Shown here: piece by piece, positions 49,485-63,480 of the stretch | Layout: each line of letters opens with the position of its first letter | Position numbering within the stretch: position 1 is the stretch's first letter | DNA from: Selaginella moellendorffii | Lineage: Eukaryota; Plantae; Lycopodiophyta | NCBI RefSeq assembly: GCF_000143415.4 | Contig: NW_003314363.1 | Coordinates: 1 to 64,000, forward strand | Direction: 5' to 3' | Length of the DNA stretch: 64,000 bases | The notes under the pieces: model-generated | Seen by the model: only the letters and a program-made list of their open reading frames with translations | Told to the model about the DNA's origin: nothing | The model's database searches: none | Translations under genes and position numbers: made by a program

Positions 49485-50680
49485 TCAATCGTCTTCGGAA
49501 TCTGTGGAACCCAATGTGTAAACGGACCTGAAAGAGGAGAGGAGAGAGGGGTTTGATTACCTACCTGATCTTACATCGTCCCCCACGGTGCCGTTGTTCT
49601 GGAGCTGCCTCAACACCATCCGGCAGATGAGCACCCACCAGTAGACGTGGAGCACCAGCAGCGACATGAGCATGGTGTTGAAGACATAGTAGATCTTGAC
49701 CGTCTTGACGTTCCGGAAGTCGAGGAACTCCATGCAGTGGTAGCTGCGAGAGTGCGAGTCAGGAATGGCAACCGCAGGGAGCGTGCGTACCTGGTGCTCC
49801 AGATTATCCAAAACGGGAAGTAGATGAGTCTGAGGAGGAGCCACGAGAGCGCAAACAAGGCAAACGCAATGCTGGCCCCGACATCGCTGCCCGAGTACTT
49901 GAGCAGCTTGGCGGACTCGAGCAGCACGTCGCTGGCATCGTGAAGGGCCAGCACCAGCGAGCCCGCCCGGAAGCAGCTGGAAGATGACACCATAGATTAC
50001 ATACATTGTGAGAGACCTATCATGCACGTACCCGGTGATGAAGGAGCCGGCGATCAAGACGATGGTAATGACATGGTGCGTCATCATAACGCTGAAGTCC
50101 TTCCTCCGCGTCTCCCACACGAGGAGCGCGGCAACGCTGTACACATAGAAGCCACCTTGGAACGTGTAGAGGAGCTTGAGCTCGTGCCTGCGGCAAAACG
50201 GGGACGATGGATGGATTTTCATCCAAAAGAAACGAAAAGAAGATTGGCTGGGCACTCACTTCATGGTGTGGCCGGGCCATCGCTCCCAGTAGCCGTGGCT
50301 GCTGGCAAACCACGGCTCCCTCGCCGTCGCATACAGCGCAAATGCCTCCGACGCCGTGTAGTATGTTAGCTTCCACATGGACTCGGTGGCCTTGAGCAGC
50401 TTTTTCTTCCGGTCCTTCACCTTCCTCGGGTAAATGAAGCACGCCGCCAGCCTCTGCGGTGGAGATCATGGATCAAGGCAGGCAGATATATGAGATCAGA
50501 TCTACACGCGCGCACGCACGCACGCACCTGGTAAACCAAGGCATCCAAAAGCCAGCGTCCCAGCGGGAAGGCCAGCGCAAAGTAGAGGGCCAGGTAGTAG
50601 TCACTCCACTCGGGATAGCTCTCTCCTGCGCCGCCTCCTACCATTACCATTGCGGCCCTGCTCCCCGCCTCGCCGGACAT
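49485..50680 (-). CDS. LOH: Ceramide synthase (LAG1 homolog, LOH/ASC family)
   Basis: [12 protein letters not shown]; [18 protein letters not shown]; [16 protein letters not shown]; DDVRSDSEDD C-terminus. Confidence 0.93.
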
Positions 50681-50893
50681 AGCGACATTACCTATCCATC
50701 CACGCGCGCACCCGATCTCGCCCTCGCCCCACGCCTAGACCCAATCTCCACCTCCGCATCGCGGCTAAGTGGCCGAGCCGACCCATGGACATGGGAAAAG
50801 GGAATATGCCCAGGCTTAAATTATAAACATGTGAAAAGTATATATAGAGCACACTTTGCTCACCAAGCCAAAACAACCCAAAACCTCCCTACC

Positions 50894-53448
50894 TCACGTC
50901 CTCAAGTCATCGGACATTCCCGATGGGATGCAATGCATGCTGAGTATCTCCGGTGTTGCACTCTTGGCAACCTGAGCATCCAGCACAATCATCTGCAACA
51001 CCAACACTGTGTCATGTCATGGCTTGAGCTCGCAACATCACCTGTTGGTACTCGAGGTCGAAGCGCATGAAGCCGTCGTTGCAGTTGTCCACCATATGAG
51101 CCAAGTGCTTCAAGTTCCGCACCGCCGTGCCATTGAACGCTATTATCTGCCGCGCAACAGTGTTAGGCGCCTCCTTCTACACGCTACCGGCACTGGCAGC
51201 TTCGGCGTACCTGCGTGTTGACAATGTCTTCGTACCCAATGTTCGCATCCGCTGCAAGGACCTGGAAACTCATCCCTGTCAACTCAATTCGGCTTCCCCG
51301 CTTCTCACCTGAGATATGACAACTAGCTGCTCGTCTTCAGTCTGTGCAAAGTTGTGCATGAGCTTATCCAGTAACTTCACCGGAGCATCGTAGTCATAGT
51401 CCTTGCCATACTGCCAACACAGCTGCTTCCACTCAGTGTCTTCAATGGGAAGAAAAAGGCTGTCTCGGAAATCAAGTACTACGCAGGTCCTTCTTACCTC
51501 TGACCGTAGATAGGGAACCGAGACAGCGGCAAAAACAATCCCCGCAACAATGTAGTAGGATGGGGGCCTTCCTTTGTTGTGTGCAGGGACCAGGCGTTTT
51601 GGAATCGTTACCTCGACAGCGTTTTCAATTATCTGTCCACTGCGAAGAACTCTCACCCGAGCACGTTGCCCAGTATACTTTTGCGAGACCAGGTATGTAA
51701 AACCAATCCGCTCTCCACTTCTGAAAGGAACTGTAAAAAACTGTCTTCAGTCGGAGAAAGAAGAAAAAACAGAAAAGTATAGAGGTACGTACCAGTTCCA
51801 TCGTTGGCAATGTCGACTCCATCAAAACTCAAGAGAATATCCGACGAGCGTAGGTGTCTGGCTGCCGGAGCCGTTGGTTCCACTCGGCGTATACGAACAC
51901 CCTTTTGGTTTGCCTTCATTCCGACCGCTCTCCGAAGATCCGGATTTTCCATCCTTTGCCATTCAATACCCAACACGGGAAAACCTTCAGAGGCAGAGCA
52001 GAAGTTATATGCTAGCAAAGCAGAAGCCTTGACGAGGAGAGATACCTGTGTAATGCCCGTGGCGTTCGTAGTCCATAATAAAATGACTAATGACAGGCGT
52101 CGGGATGACATATCCAATGTTCTCGCAGTCTTCGTGCTTGAGAGACTGGAACGCAATCCCAATGCACTGTCCCCTGTCGTTGAAGGACGGACCACCCGAG
52201 TTTCCAGCGTTGATGGCTGCATCTATCTGTACGTACCAAAGCATGAGAGCACGTACCAAATATTACAGGGATCGGGTCGCTCACTTGCACGCCCAGCAGT
52301 TCGCTAGCGCCATGGACGTAGGACGTGATCTCAATGCGCGATACAACACCACTGGTGACCGAGATTGTGTCGCCGCCGATGGGATAACCGACAACAGTGA
52401 TGGGGTCCTGCAACCTGGGCAAAGCGCCAAACTCCACTGGAGTCACTCCCCTCCAAAACGAGTCATCGTTGATGGTTAACATGGCTGCAAAGCAGAAAGC
52501 GTTTGTTTTGTTGTTCCTGGCGGAAAAACGACTCTTTTGCTGGCTTCCGTTATCCTCGGTGGTCGAAGAAGCAAGTAGCGCCTAGGACTGAACCTTTTGA
52601 GCTGACGAGTGCTCACCTATGTCGCATTCGGTTCCAATGGCAAGGACAGCCGCAACAAACTTGATATCCGAGCCCCGCCTCTTCACCTTCACCTGCGTGT
52701 GGTGCTCGACGGAGTGTGCATTGGTGAGAACTCGGTTGCCACCGATTATGAAGCCACTGCTGTTGGTGCTGAACTGCCGCTTTCGTTGCCAGGGAAGCGA
52801 AAAGTTTGGCTCCGTATGGATACAAAACACCTTGACGACCGCGTCCAAGAAAGGCAAGTCGTCCACCTCCTCGGCACCAAACTCGGCGTCGTCCAGCACC
52901 ACGGTAGGAATGGGCGCCTTGGAGGAGGTCTGCGAGCTGGCCTTGGCTCTGGTTGGCTTGGGAACGCCGGCACCGCTCTTGCTGGACGACGACACCTTGC
53001 CTTGCTTTCTCTCCGTCAACAGCTTGCCCGAGCTGCTAGCCTCGCCGCCAGCCTGCTTGGGTCTGATTCCATTACCGGCACAGTCTAGAGCCCGCTGCCA
53101 CTGCCTCTTGCTCCGCTCCGTCGTGGCCATGGGCAGCACCGTATGAAGCATGTCCGTGTCGTCACCCTCCTCGCCGTGCAAGGCGCACGTCTCGAGGTGG
53201 CCTGCCGTCACCCTGGAGCTGGAGCTGGAGCTGGAGCTGGGCACCTCTCTCCTCCTCCTCTTCCTTTGCGTGCCACTGGCAATAGCTTCTCCGCCAAATA
53301 CTGGGATGGCGGGCCTTGGCACGCGCCTCCCACAACCATTTACCTTGAACCTGGTTGCGTGCTGCCTTGGCGTCGCCCAGCCCCCGAGCTCCAACCACGC
53401 TTGGCTCCGCTTCCGCCGCCTGTTGCTACCCGCCATGGCCGAGCGCAC
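50894..53448 (-). CDS. DEG9: Deg/HtrA protease, DEG9-like
   Basis: [23 protein letters not shown]; LTNAHSV; ECDI; [13 protein letters not shown]; PDZ-like domains; basic NLS-like N-terminus. Confidence 0.88.
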
Positions 53449-53730
53449 GCATTTGCATCCTCAGCCCAGCCTCCACTCGTGCTGCGCGATCTACTACTGC
53501 GAACCAGGTCCATGCCCCCGCCGCGCGACGAAGAAACTCATGTGGCGCATCAGCCTCCCAGCTGCGCAGGCAGCGGCCACAGTGCCCACATCGGGCTTGC
53601 CCTAGAATTGGATGTGTCCGCTCGGCGTGAAGGGCCAAACGGCCATACGGCGCCCGCCACGTGTCCCGGGCGGAATATTCGCGGGGAAAAGGGGGCAGAT
53701 TAGGGCTCTAGTTCTCGGGAGCTGGCAGCG

Positions 53731-56129
53731 ATGTCGAAGAAGAAGGCGATGCCCCGCTCCACCATGTCCCTCAAGGTCTTCCACGGGGGCTCCATTCCAT
53801 CGGATCTGCAACTCCCGTCGGCGCCTGGCATGTAAGTCGATCTGGTCCGTGTCGTTAGAGGAGCTGCTGACTGGCCCCATGGATTTCCAGGACGGTGGAT
53901 CGGAGCGCGTACGAGCGGCCGAGCTCCGCGAATGTATGGTCGTCCGCCAGCAATCCAATGAGCAAGGGTTATGGCAACCATCGGCAGGCGCTCCTGCCCA
54001 ATGGGGAGACGAGGCCCTCCTCCGCCGCCGCCGCCCCTTCCTCCTCGTATTTCCCCAATACCGCCACAATGGGCAGGAACTACGACGAGGACGAGCGGAG
54101 GCCCGTCGACTTTCGGCCCCGCACCAGCCCCGGCGGCCACCACGACTACAGATCTCGGGAGTATGACAACGGTGGTGGAGTCTACTTCAAGGGCCGCTTG
54201 TCTCGCTCTCCGGACCATCTGCGCTACTCGGCCTATCCCCCCGGTGGTGGTGAACGCTTCGGCCCTCCTCTGCAGCCTTCTATGGCCGGCTCACCGGAGC
54301 GGCCACCCGTGAATGCCTGGGCCGCGCGCCGGGGTGAGCGCCTGGAGCCGGATGCGTCTGCCACCTCTCCCTGGCGCGTCCGAAACAGCATGGCCAGGAT
54401 CGCCGAGGCAAGTGCCATCGACAAGGTCTCCTCTGGAAGGTGGCAGCCAGCAGCTACGCCCAGGAAGGAGCCGCTTTACGAAGTCGATGCTCGCAAGGTG
54501 GACATCTCCCACGCGATAGAGCAGCAGGAAGTGGAGGATGGCAGAAGGGTGGATAGTTATCATCACGCCTCTTGGAAGCAGCAGCCAGCTGAGGCTACTC
54601 CCGAAGGAGGCTACCGCAGCCGTTTTAACGATGCCGGCGATGCGTCGGAAAGAGCAAGGTTTGAGTACGACCACTTTGAGCGAGGCGATTCTTTCCGGGG
54701 AGTGAATGAACAGAGCTACCACAGCTTTCAGGAGGACAGGGTCGCTGGTCACGGGAGTACTTCTGCTTATGATTGTTTAGAGGTTCATTATACTCAGGGT
54801 GATGATGGACGACACAGCACAGGTGCACAAGCAAGCCAAAAGCAACAGCATCTCTCTGACTCCAGACACGGTCCTGGAGCCCGTCAACATCCTGCCAACG
54901 TCTTTGAGCGTCAGTCCACTGATAGCAACGTTGTAAATCACGAAAGACCGCAAAGGCAACGATCGTTTGATTCGGAAAGGAACAGAACCTCGGCTACTGC
55001 AGTCAACCACGAGTTCAATCATCAATCCTCTGCCCATGTGTCTACCATGGTTGGCAGCACGTATTCTGATTCCACGAAGACTGGAGCTGCTTTGCTGCGG
55101 TCCACTTCTGGAGAACGGCCCAAGCTAAAGCTCCTTCCTAGATCCAAGCCAATGGAAGATCGTCATGATTTTTTTGAAGACGAGGATACCTTCTTGTCCG
55201 AGGTAAGAATCTATCCATGTTTGTGATTCTCAGCTGCGACACAGGCGGATCGCGCTGGGCGTCAGCAGCACGCAAGTGAGAGGGAGACCCATGATTCGAG
55301 ACCAGTCGTTACACCCAGTGCCCCAACAGAACACGAGACTTACCGAACTTCGGAGAGGCCTACGCTGAGCTTGAAGCCCCGAACTCAGGCTCCTGACAAA
55401 GCCGCTTCGGACAAGGAGAGGTACGTGGAGGATGCTGCTACACTACCGTAGAATTCATGTGTTTTCTGGATACAGGCAAAGCTTGTTCGGTGGTGCGCGC
55501 CCCAGAGAGATGGTAAACTCAATTCTACCCATGGTTCGAGCTTTGTATTTACTTTTATGTTCTTTGTAGGTGCTTCGACAGCGTGGAGCAGACGACATTC
55601 CAGTCGAAGCCGCTGCAAGGTATCCATATTCCTGTTTCCATGCCACAGAGCTGACATGAAGGCTTGCAGTGATGTTGCTGAGCTCATTCGGAAGGAAAGG
55701 TGGCAGCCGGAGGCACGAGAGTTCGAAATTCGGCAGCAGCAGGGTAGGACCAATAACGAAGGTGGCAAGGTAGTCAACCGGAGGGAAGAGGATCCAATAC
55801 GGAGTGAAGCAGACCGGTACGAGATTCGGCGTGATTTGAGTCGGCAGGATCGCAGGGATCACCAGGATGTCAAGAGAGATATTGACAAGCAGGAAAGTTG
55901 GAGGCGACGTGCGGAACCCACTCCCGCACTCTCTGCGCTTGCAGAGATGCCGTCGCGCGTTGCTGGGAAGTCGTCGCTTGGATCGTCAGCGCTGCAGCTC
56001 GCGCAAGCCTTTTCGCGGTCAACCATCTCCGCCGCTGGTTCTCGACTGACGGATACTCCATCTCCCAGATATGGCAGAGCTTCTTCGGGACAGCAGCAGC
56101 GCAAGCACAGTGCCGCGACTGCATGGTAG
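53731..56129 (+). CDS. Plant disordered protein with eIF4B-like motifs
   Basis: MSKKK..TMSLKVFHGGSIPSDLQLPSAPG; ERPKLKLLPRSKP; ERPTLSLKPRTQ; LFGGARPREMVLRQRG. Confidence 0.7.
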
Positions 56130-56314
56130 TAAGGCACGCCAAGTGAGACGGGACTAACGCATCAGGCGTGCTTGGCTGTAGCTATCTACAGAAACACAAG
56201 AAGAAACATATATCCTCTTTTGCTTCTCCTTGTATGTACAACGAGACGGCAGGTGTTGGTTGTTTTGTTAGTACCGCTCTTCTCTTTCTTGTTTGGCTTG
56301 TTTGGCTTGTTGGT

Positions 56315-57466
56315 TCATGTTTTGAGACGCTTGGCAGCTTGAAGGAAGCCCGTTATCACGTCCAGTTCATCCAGTTGCTGCAGCAAAGGGGAATTCGTGT
56401 GAGAAGAAGCGAGGAGAGAGCGTTTACTTACATATGCAACAAAGTGCTTCTCGATGGCGCGCAACAGCTGCTCCTTGGACGAATTACGGCCTACATCGCT
56501 CTGAGACCACCGAGAAGCAAGATGAGAAGAGATCTGAGCGAGTGCCACTTACAAGCTTGAAGTGCTTCCTGTACTTGCGGAGGGCCGCCGTCTCCAGCTT
56601 GCTCAGGTCCACAACCTGTATATCCACGGAGAGATGGGTCAATGAAATGAAAACCACCGCTCGCTCACCGGGATTTCGGCCGACGGCATCGCTTCTGCTA
56701 CCCTCTTGTCCACACAGAGCTGCGGCTGCGGCTGCGGCTGCGGCTGCTGCTGCTGCGTCGTCAAATCTAGCTGGTGAGGAGGCGATGGCGCTGCCGCTGG
56801 TGGCGGTGGTGGTGGCGGCGGAGGCGGCGGAGGCGATGGTGATGCAGTAATGCTAGGGGTCGTGGCGGTAGCACCAGTGTCTGCTTTGGCTGGCTTTTGC
56901 CTCACGCGGGGCTTAAATGTTCTAGGGAAATCGTCTGCGAGGGAGCAAAGTTAAGGGTGCGCAAGGAGATGAGGGCACCCACCTAGCACCGTGTCGCTGG
57001 TCACAGGGATCTCAATCTCATCGTCCTCCTCCTGCCCTGTGGGTGGCTCGATCACCGTCAACGCGTTCCTCTGGAGCTTCACCTCCACCCCGTTGGTCAG
57101 CACCTGGCACAAGCAAGCACTCAAAGGATTACTCTAACCTAAACCACTGTTATAAAGGAGAGCGTGAGCTCTCCCCCGGCCGGGCACACCGGATTCATTA
57201 CGTACCAGCCAATGCCAGCCTCCAAGTCCCACGGCCTTCTTGACAACGCCCTCCAGCCCCACAAGAACCGACTTTGTGCGATTGTTACCTCGCACCACAA
57301 CCTTGGTGTGCCTGGGAAGAACAGACAGCTCCTCGTCCTCGTCGCCGCCAGTCTCGCCGCCCGGCGGGGGAAAATACGTTGGGGGAGGCAGAAACCCCTG
57401 ATGCTCGTGATCATGGTGATGGCCGTGCTCCGCGGGGCTAGTCAGGCTGCGCTCGCCCTCCAGCAT
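56315..57466 (-). CDS. AFR: SAP30-function-related (AFR1/AFR2-like) histone deacetylase complex subunit
   Basis: EELSVLPRHTKVVVRGNNRTKSVLVGLEGVVKKAVGLGGWHWL; VDLSKLETAALRKY; SKEQLLRAIEKHF..LDELDVITGFLQAAKRLK. Confidence 0.88.
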
Positions 57467-57659
57467 AATCGACCGATCGAATTAGCGATCACTGCTACAG
57501 TTTGTAGATTGTGATCTTGATCCTGTGATCTTGATCCCTGCTTCCCTGACCAATTCCTTGAGGCCTCTATGATTCGGTCCAGCTCCCCACCTATCTATCC
57601 ATAGCTTCCCCTTCCCGTGGAATGGGAGGGACTCTATGCTCTATCTTTGATGCCAAACC

Positions 57660-57664
57660 AAGAA

Positions 57665-57696
<32 letters not shown>

Positions 57697-58341
57697 ATTC
57701 GCCGCCCTCGATAGCCTCCAATCCTAGCCAATTCCAGCCAATGCGCGATGATCCATGGATACCAATTCGGATCCGGCAATGCGAAATATCGCGTCGACGC
57801 GACCGATGCGATTTGGCGACAAGAGAGAAGAGGATGATCACCAACGACGAAGGGCGCACAATGCCACCCCCTCACTGCCTACTACAAAAACAATGCTCTC
57901 GCGTGCTTCCAACCGGCCTTAACCTTCCAAAAAAGCCCCCCCATGACAACTCATGCGGGATTCGGAATTTGTTGTGTCCACCCCGCTCCCTCGACTGCCT
58001 TTACCTCGGCGCCCTTGCCATCGCACCATCCACCCAATCCAATCCAATCCATCGTCGTTGGCGTGCGGAATGATGGCTGCGAATGTTGCGAGAACCTGGT
58101 GAGGGTGATGGTGACGGTGACGGTGAGAGTGAGGGTGAGGGTGGACGTGACCGTGACGGTGAGGGCGGAGGGGTAGCGCGCCAAAAATGCACACCCTCGC
58201 CGCGTGGCGCCTTGCTCGCTTTCGTGCCGGGCAAGGTACGGACGGATGAGTTGCGGGCTCGATTCCTGGCGTTAGCCGGGTAATTAATAATGGGCGTGGA
58301 GCCCGCCCTTGGGGAATCATGATGTGAGTGCGGGGAGTGGA

Positions 58342-58377
<36 letters not shown>
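57660..58377. repeat. Cluster of simple repeats upstream of AFR: (GAA)n 57660-57697, (GGTGAS)n 58098-58166, (CAG)n 58345-58377
   Basis: Directly visible tandem repeats. Confidence 0.9.
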
Positions 58378-58378
<1 letters not shown>

Positions 58379-59066
58379 TGATGGACCACAAAACTGAAAA
58401 CAAAAATGGATTTCGATTTCCTCCGCTCTTCCTATTCCTGAGACTGCCTGACTGACTCATCTTCCTAACCGAGTACATTCATTGCGAGCTGACGAAGGAT
58501 TGCAAGCTGACCCTCGAGCAACAAGTCTCTCCACTCCAGATTCTAGACCAGATGCTCTCTAGATTGCAAACCAGAGCCGCCGTGCCGTGCCGCCCCGTGC
58601 CAGACGCGATCCATTTCATCATTCCAAATTCCAATGTCTCTTTCGATTCATATTCATAGCAGCCTTTGACGTCCAAAGCTTCTTAATCCCACGTAACAAA
58701 AAATATAAGACCGAGGGGGGGAGAGATGAGATCTCTTATTGTTGATCCTCCAACACAACTTGTTGTGCCAGCCCCTATTCAATATGTATTATCTTCTTGT
58801 CTTGAGGATCATCCCTTCTTTTACGCGCTGAAAGAGACATCCATAAAGACTGCGACAGTAACCACAACCCTGTGCAAAACGCTCTCCCGTCTCGTCTGTC
58901 AAGGAGCAAGGACAAATGTCTTCCTTCGACCGATTAATCAGCTTACTTGGCCCTTGCTCGTTCGCGGACACTGGAAACGCCAAACTTGACGCGCGGCTCG
59001 ACATCTCAAAGGACGACTCGGAATTGAATTACGCATAGTGTTCTAAGCATTCCCATCCATGTTATA

Positions 59067-60053
59067 TCAACTTTCTTTTCGCAGCTTTGAGCTCCGAAAG
59101 CCATCTCGGAGTTCCAAGTAACGCTTCAAGCACTGGCTCTTGCTTCGGCCTCGCACCGTGGCCTGTATCCTGTCCCACCTCGACGGTGTGCCCTTCGGAA
59201 ATGCTTTGAGACCAGACAGCAACGCCTTGTCTTCACCATCTGACCAGGCGACGCTCCCTGCATCGCCAGGGGCAGGAGAAGGATCATCCTCCTCGTCCAC
59301 AAGCTGCCATCCCTCCTCAAACTCCTCCTCTCTCAGGCTGAGATCCAATGATATCTGCCGGCTCGACACTTTCCTCTGTGCCAAGAACTTGGCATACGCA
59401 TCGTCGTCGCCAGGCTTCTTGTCTGCCAGAGCCTTTGCCATTTGGATTACATTGTCCACCGTGCGAGAACCGCCGAAACTTTGGGCGATCACTTGCCACC
59501 TTCTCGCTGTTCCTCTCGGGTGCTTGGCAAGCTGCTTTCTCAGGAATGCAACCTCCTCCTCACTCCACTCCCCTTCCACGACTGCGCCGTCACTCTCCCC
59601 CGTCCCATTCCAGCTAGCATTTCCTTCCTGCGCCTCTAGGATCCCTCCCGTTCCATCGACTTGTGGCGACGAATCCACAGCCCTGGCAGCCCTGGCATGC
59701 TTCCTGGATCTAGAAATCTTCTTGTCCGCGGCGGCATCCACAGCAAGAGGAGCTGGAGATGGGTCGAGAGGAGCAACGATCGCACCCTGGCCGACGCTGC
59801 AATCGCCAGCCGTGAGAGAAATGGGAGCAAGCGGGCCCAGAATGAGCGACACTGCTATCCAGGCTGCAACGAGCTGCGCAATCGCCGACCACGCCGCCAC
59901 CCACACGCAGCAAAGCAGCACAGACATACCTAGGATCACACAGATGGCGGCGTGCCTCCTGTCCACGGTGGGATCTCCTTGCTGGGGTGGAACACCCGCA
60001 TTGGATTGCAAGCGGAAGTTGGGGCGGCACTCGTCCACGAAATCGAAGTCCAT
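59067..60053 (-). CDS. MAMYB: Membrane-anchored MYB/SANT protein (maMYB-like), intronless
   Basis: MDFDFVDE..PNFRLQS, two TM segments, GPLAPISLTAGDCSVGQG, and two SANT repeats (WSEEEVAFLRKQLAKHP; WSDGEDKALLSGLKAFPK). Confidence 0.88.
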   Translation of the reverse strand: MDFDFVDECRPNFRLQSNAGVPPQQGDPTVDRRHAAICVILGMSVLLCCVWVAAWSAIAQLVAAWIAVSLILGPLAPISLTAGDCSVGQGAIVAPLDPSPAPLAVDAAADKKISRSRKHARAARAVDSSPQVDGTGGILEAQEGNASWNGTGESDGAVVEGEWSEEEVAFLRKQLAKHPRGTARRWQVIAQSFGGSRTVDNVIQMAKALADKKPGDDDAYAKFLAQRKVSSRQISLDLSLREEEFEEGWQLVDEEDDPSPAPGDAGSVAWSDGEDKALLSGLKAFPKGTPSRWDRIQATVRGRSKSQCLKRYLELRDGFRSSKLRKES

Positions 60054-60172
60054 GCCTTCGCCCAAGAGCCCTAGCTAGGGTTTGTGTTTCTTCTTAAAAC
60101 GGCAAAAAGCTCGTTCGCTTATACATTGTATCTCGAGGAACAAAATTTGGTAGGAAAGGAGAATACGCGGGG

Positions 60173-61687
60173 TCATAGATACTGCAGCCATGCGTCACCT
60201 TCGATGAACCTCTCGTCCAAGAAAGGCTGGGCCTCCGCCTCCGTTAGCACATACGACCATGGAACACGACGCATGCCGTTTGCTCCTGGACCCGTGCAGT
60301 TGAACTCGCCGTAGAAAACAGTCCTGGAGCTCCACCGCAAAATCCAGATATCTCCATGAGAAGAACGATCATCCAGCTTAAAATTGAGATGTGATGACTT
60401 ACATGTCTCTGGATGAATCCCCCCAGTCGTCCCAGCCGCCGGGGTTGATAACGGAGTCCATATAGCAGTAGAGGAAGACGACGCGAGAGAAGGGGCCCCA
60501 AGCACGGCCCAGGTACACCAAGCCATTCCCCAGGATCCGGCAGTTTACGAACGAGAAACCCGTGTTGTCACTCGCGTTTTGCCTCTTTTGAGCAGTCAGC
60601 GCTCCGCTGCCAATGGCGTTGAGCTCGCAATCCTAACAGACACATAAAACCGCTCTTGAGCAAAGTCATTCGGCCACAGGCCCATGCAAACCTTGTACAG
60701 GGAGCGGCCGTTGCCGAATATAAAGTCCACCGATCCCTGGATGAAGCAGCTCTTGAAGTAGTGACGGCCCGAGTGATCGTACAGAGTGTCTTGAGCACCA
60801 ATGAAGTTGCACTCGTAGAATGCAGCCATGTCTCCGGTGATTTGGAACGCCACGGCTTGCGAGCCGGCGGGTTGCACCGGAGCCGAGTTCTATGGAAATG
60901 AAACACCATAGAAGTCAGAGAAGTTGACGGGAGAATTGAATTCACCTTGAACGTGATACCCCTGGCACTGAAGTAGGGAGCACTGACGTGAACCGTGGCT
61001 GTGTGGAACGTCCCAAGGTGAGAGCCATCCACGCCCAGCTTTCCTGCGTAGTCATCCCATACAATCGTTGTTAAGTCGGCCCCTGATCCTTGAAGCGTAA
61101 TGTATGGCTTGCTTTCCACGATCTTCACTTTCTCCCTGGGACAACGGCACGATCATATCAAATGGCAGGCAAATCTACACGTTCTGAAAGAAAGAGAGAT
61201 CAGAAACTCACTGGTAGACCCCCGGCGAGACAAAGATGGTGATTGGGACGGTGTTGTTCACTGGGACAGCATCGATGGCCTCTTGAACGGATGCATGGTC
61301 GCCATTTCCGTCCTGATCCACCACCACGAAGCTGGTCGTGAGGTTGGAATCGAAGAACTTGTGCTGTAGCCACCCAACCTTGGGCGATGTCTGCCGATGC
61401 CTTAGCTTGCATTGTGTCTCAATCTCCCTCAGCCAATCCACATAGCGCTTCCGGTTCTCCGGGCAAGATCGACAGGAAGGAGAAGAAGACGACATGGCAC
61501 TCTGATTGACGCGCATGGCGCTAGCAGCACGGGGAGCGCCGGCGGTGCCATCGCTCGCATCCAAACTCACGGAGCCGGGATCCAACGCGAGGCTGCCCAA
61601 TGCCGGACACAGGAAAGAATGCGAGCTGGCGACGAGCGCGAACATGGACATGATTGCCCATCGCGATGTTTGGCGAGCGCGAGCCAT
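60173..61687 (-). CDS. PME: Pectin methylesterase (no PMEI pro-domain)
   Basis: [18 protein letters not shown]; QAVAF; GAQDTLYD; GSVDFIFG; YLGRAWG; [12 protein letters not shown]. Confidence 0.95.
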
Positions 61688-61823
61688 GGGCTCCGGTGCT
61701 CCACGGCCGGGGCGCCCAACGCGAAAGGTGAAAGCTTTAGGGCCCAAAGTGCGTGAGCTATCTAAAATGTGCCACCACTCCACATTTCAAACCCCACGCG
61801 AATATGCGCCACCCCTCCGGCAC

Positions 61824-63431
61824 TTAGCTGTGAACTTGAAAGCATTCGAGGCGGGGAAAGCGTTGCAGCAGTTCTTCCCTGGATCGTCTCTGCCAGAGAA
61901 ACAGTGATAGCATCGCGTTCGTCGTGCTTCGGGGCTCACACACCTTAATGTTGATGCATCCGTTCACGTCGAGCGTATGCAGTGTCTTGGAGCAGTAGCA
62001 TGCCAAGGCGTCCAATCCTTCGTCCGTCACACCCAGAATACCGTGTAGGCTGCGAAAGAACAATCACTTGACTCACAGAACAACAGACAACGAAGAGAGA
62101 ATGGCCTCGTTTACCTCAAAAGCTTGAGCGGACAAGTCAGTGCTTTCAGTCCAGCGTCCGTGATCCTCACACACCTGAGGACAGCGAGTGACACCAATGG
62201 ATGCAAGCGTATGAAGCTTACCAGCTCAGACACAGGGACTCGAGTTTATGGCACTTTGAAATCGAAACTAAGCAGTTGGATGAAAGTTCCTGCACAAGCA
62301 TCACCGCCGGATAAAAGTGCCCGGATGACGTTTCTTGCATACCTGTGCACCAGTTAGCTCCAGGACTTTGAGTTCCTCAAGGTTTCCAATCAGAGCCAAA
62401 GATTTGGGAGTGAATCTGTGACGCGAGGCAAGAGAAACACATTCAGGTCCTTGAAAGAAACGAGGCCTTACCCAGAGAGAGCGTATAAATAGAGCTCCTC
62501 CAGCTGCAAGCACACGTTCAAAATCTCGCAAAGCCCCTCGTCCGTTAGTTTCACGCACCTTTCACAAGAAGTAGACGTTTAGAAAGGCAATCGAGGCAAT
62601 AAACGCATATAGATGCAAACCGCGTGAGGTTCAAGCTTCGTATGGATGGACTGTGCTCCGCAAGGTGGCGCATGCTTTGATCCGTGATACTCTGCTCAAA
62701 GAATCACTAGTGAACGTTGCGAACTATGAAAAGGCTCCGAACCTTGCAACCACTGAGGTTTAAAAGCTCCAGCTCCTTTAGATTGGTGACGATGCTTTTC
62801 ACGGCAGCATCCGTGACCCTGCATTCATGCCATTATTATATTTACACCAGGCTCAAGAGAATGACAAACCACGACTTACTTGAGGTTCCAGTAGATCTCT
62901 AGTTTCGTGATGCTTCTACACTCGGAGACTACTGCCTCGACTCCAGCATCAGTTATCTTCTGGCATGCATTAAGGTTGAGACGCTGCAGCTTCTAAACAA
63001 AGAGTCTAGTAGGGACGAGCAAGAACACAAGAGAATTTCCACACCTTGCACTTTACAGCAGCCAGGTGCTCGTCTTGCACATCCTGTCCGAATTCCAGGT
63101 TGATCTCCTCCACATCCTGGTACCGCGCCTAAGCAAGCTCGCGGTTTGTCAGCCCATGCGCCAAAACGTAGCAACTTTTACCAGCGAGAGAGCAGCCAGC
63201 AGGCGCCTCCCGGCCTGACTCTTGCCTTGCAAATTGATCGCCTTCAAACGAAGAAACAAGGAGCGTCAGTGCAAAGATCGATCGAGGATAGAATCACACC
63301 TTCCAGAGAGACGCGTGAGACAAGAGCACGCCACGGCAGGCGGTGTTGACGCAGAGCAGCGCGCACAGATCGCGCTGCGGGAGATGCGAGCTGACGAGCA
63401 GCATTACCTGCGACACGCGCTCCTTGTCCAT
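61824..63431 (-). CDS. F-box/LRR protein (At3g58530-like)
   Basis: MDKERVSQVMLLVSSHLPQRDLCALL F-box; Cys-containing LRRs; SLHGILGVTDEGLDAL..LDVNGCINIK..FPRLECFQVHS. Confidence 0.85.
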
Positions 63432-63480
63432 GAGCAAACAAACGGGCTGGACCTAGGTAGGGCAAAGTCTTGTTATATCC

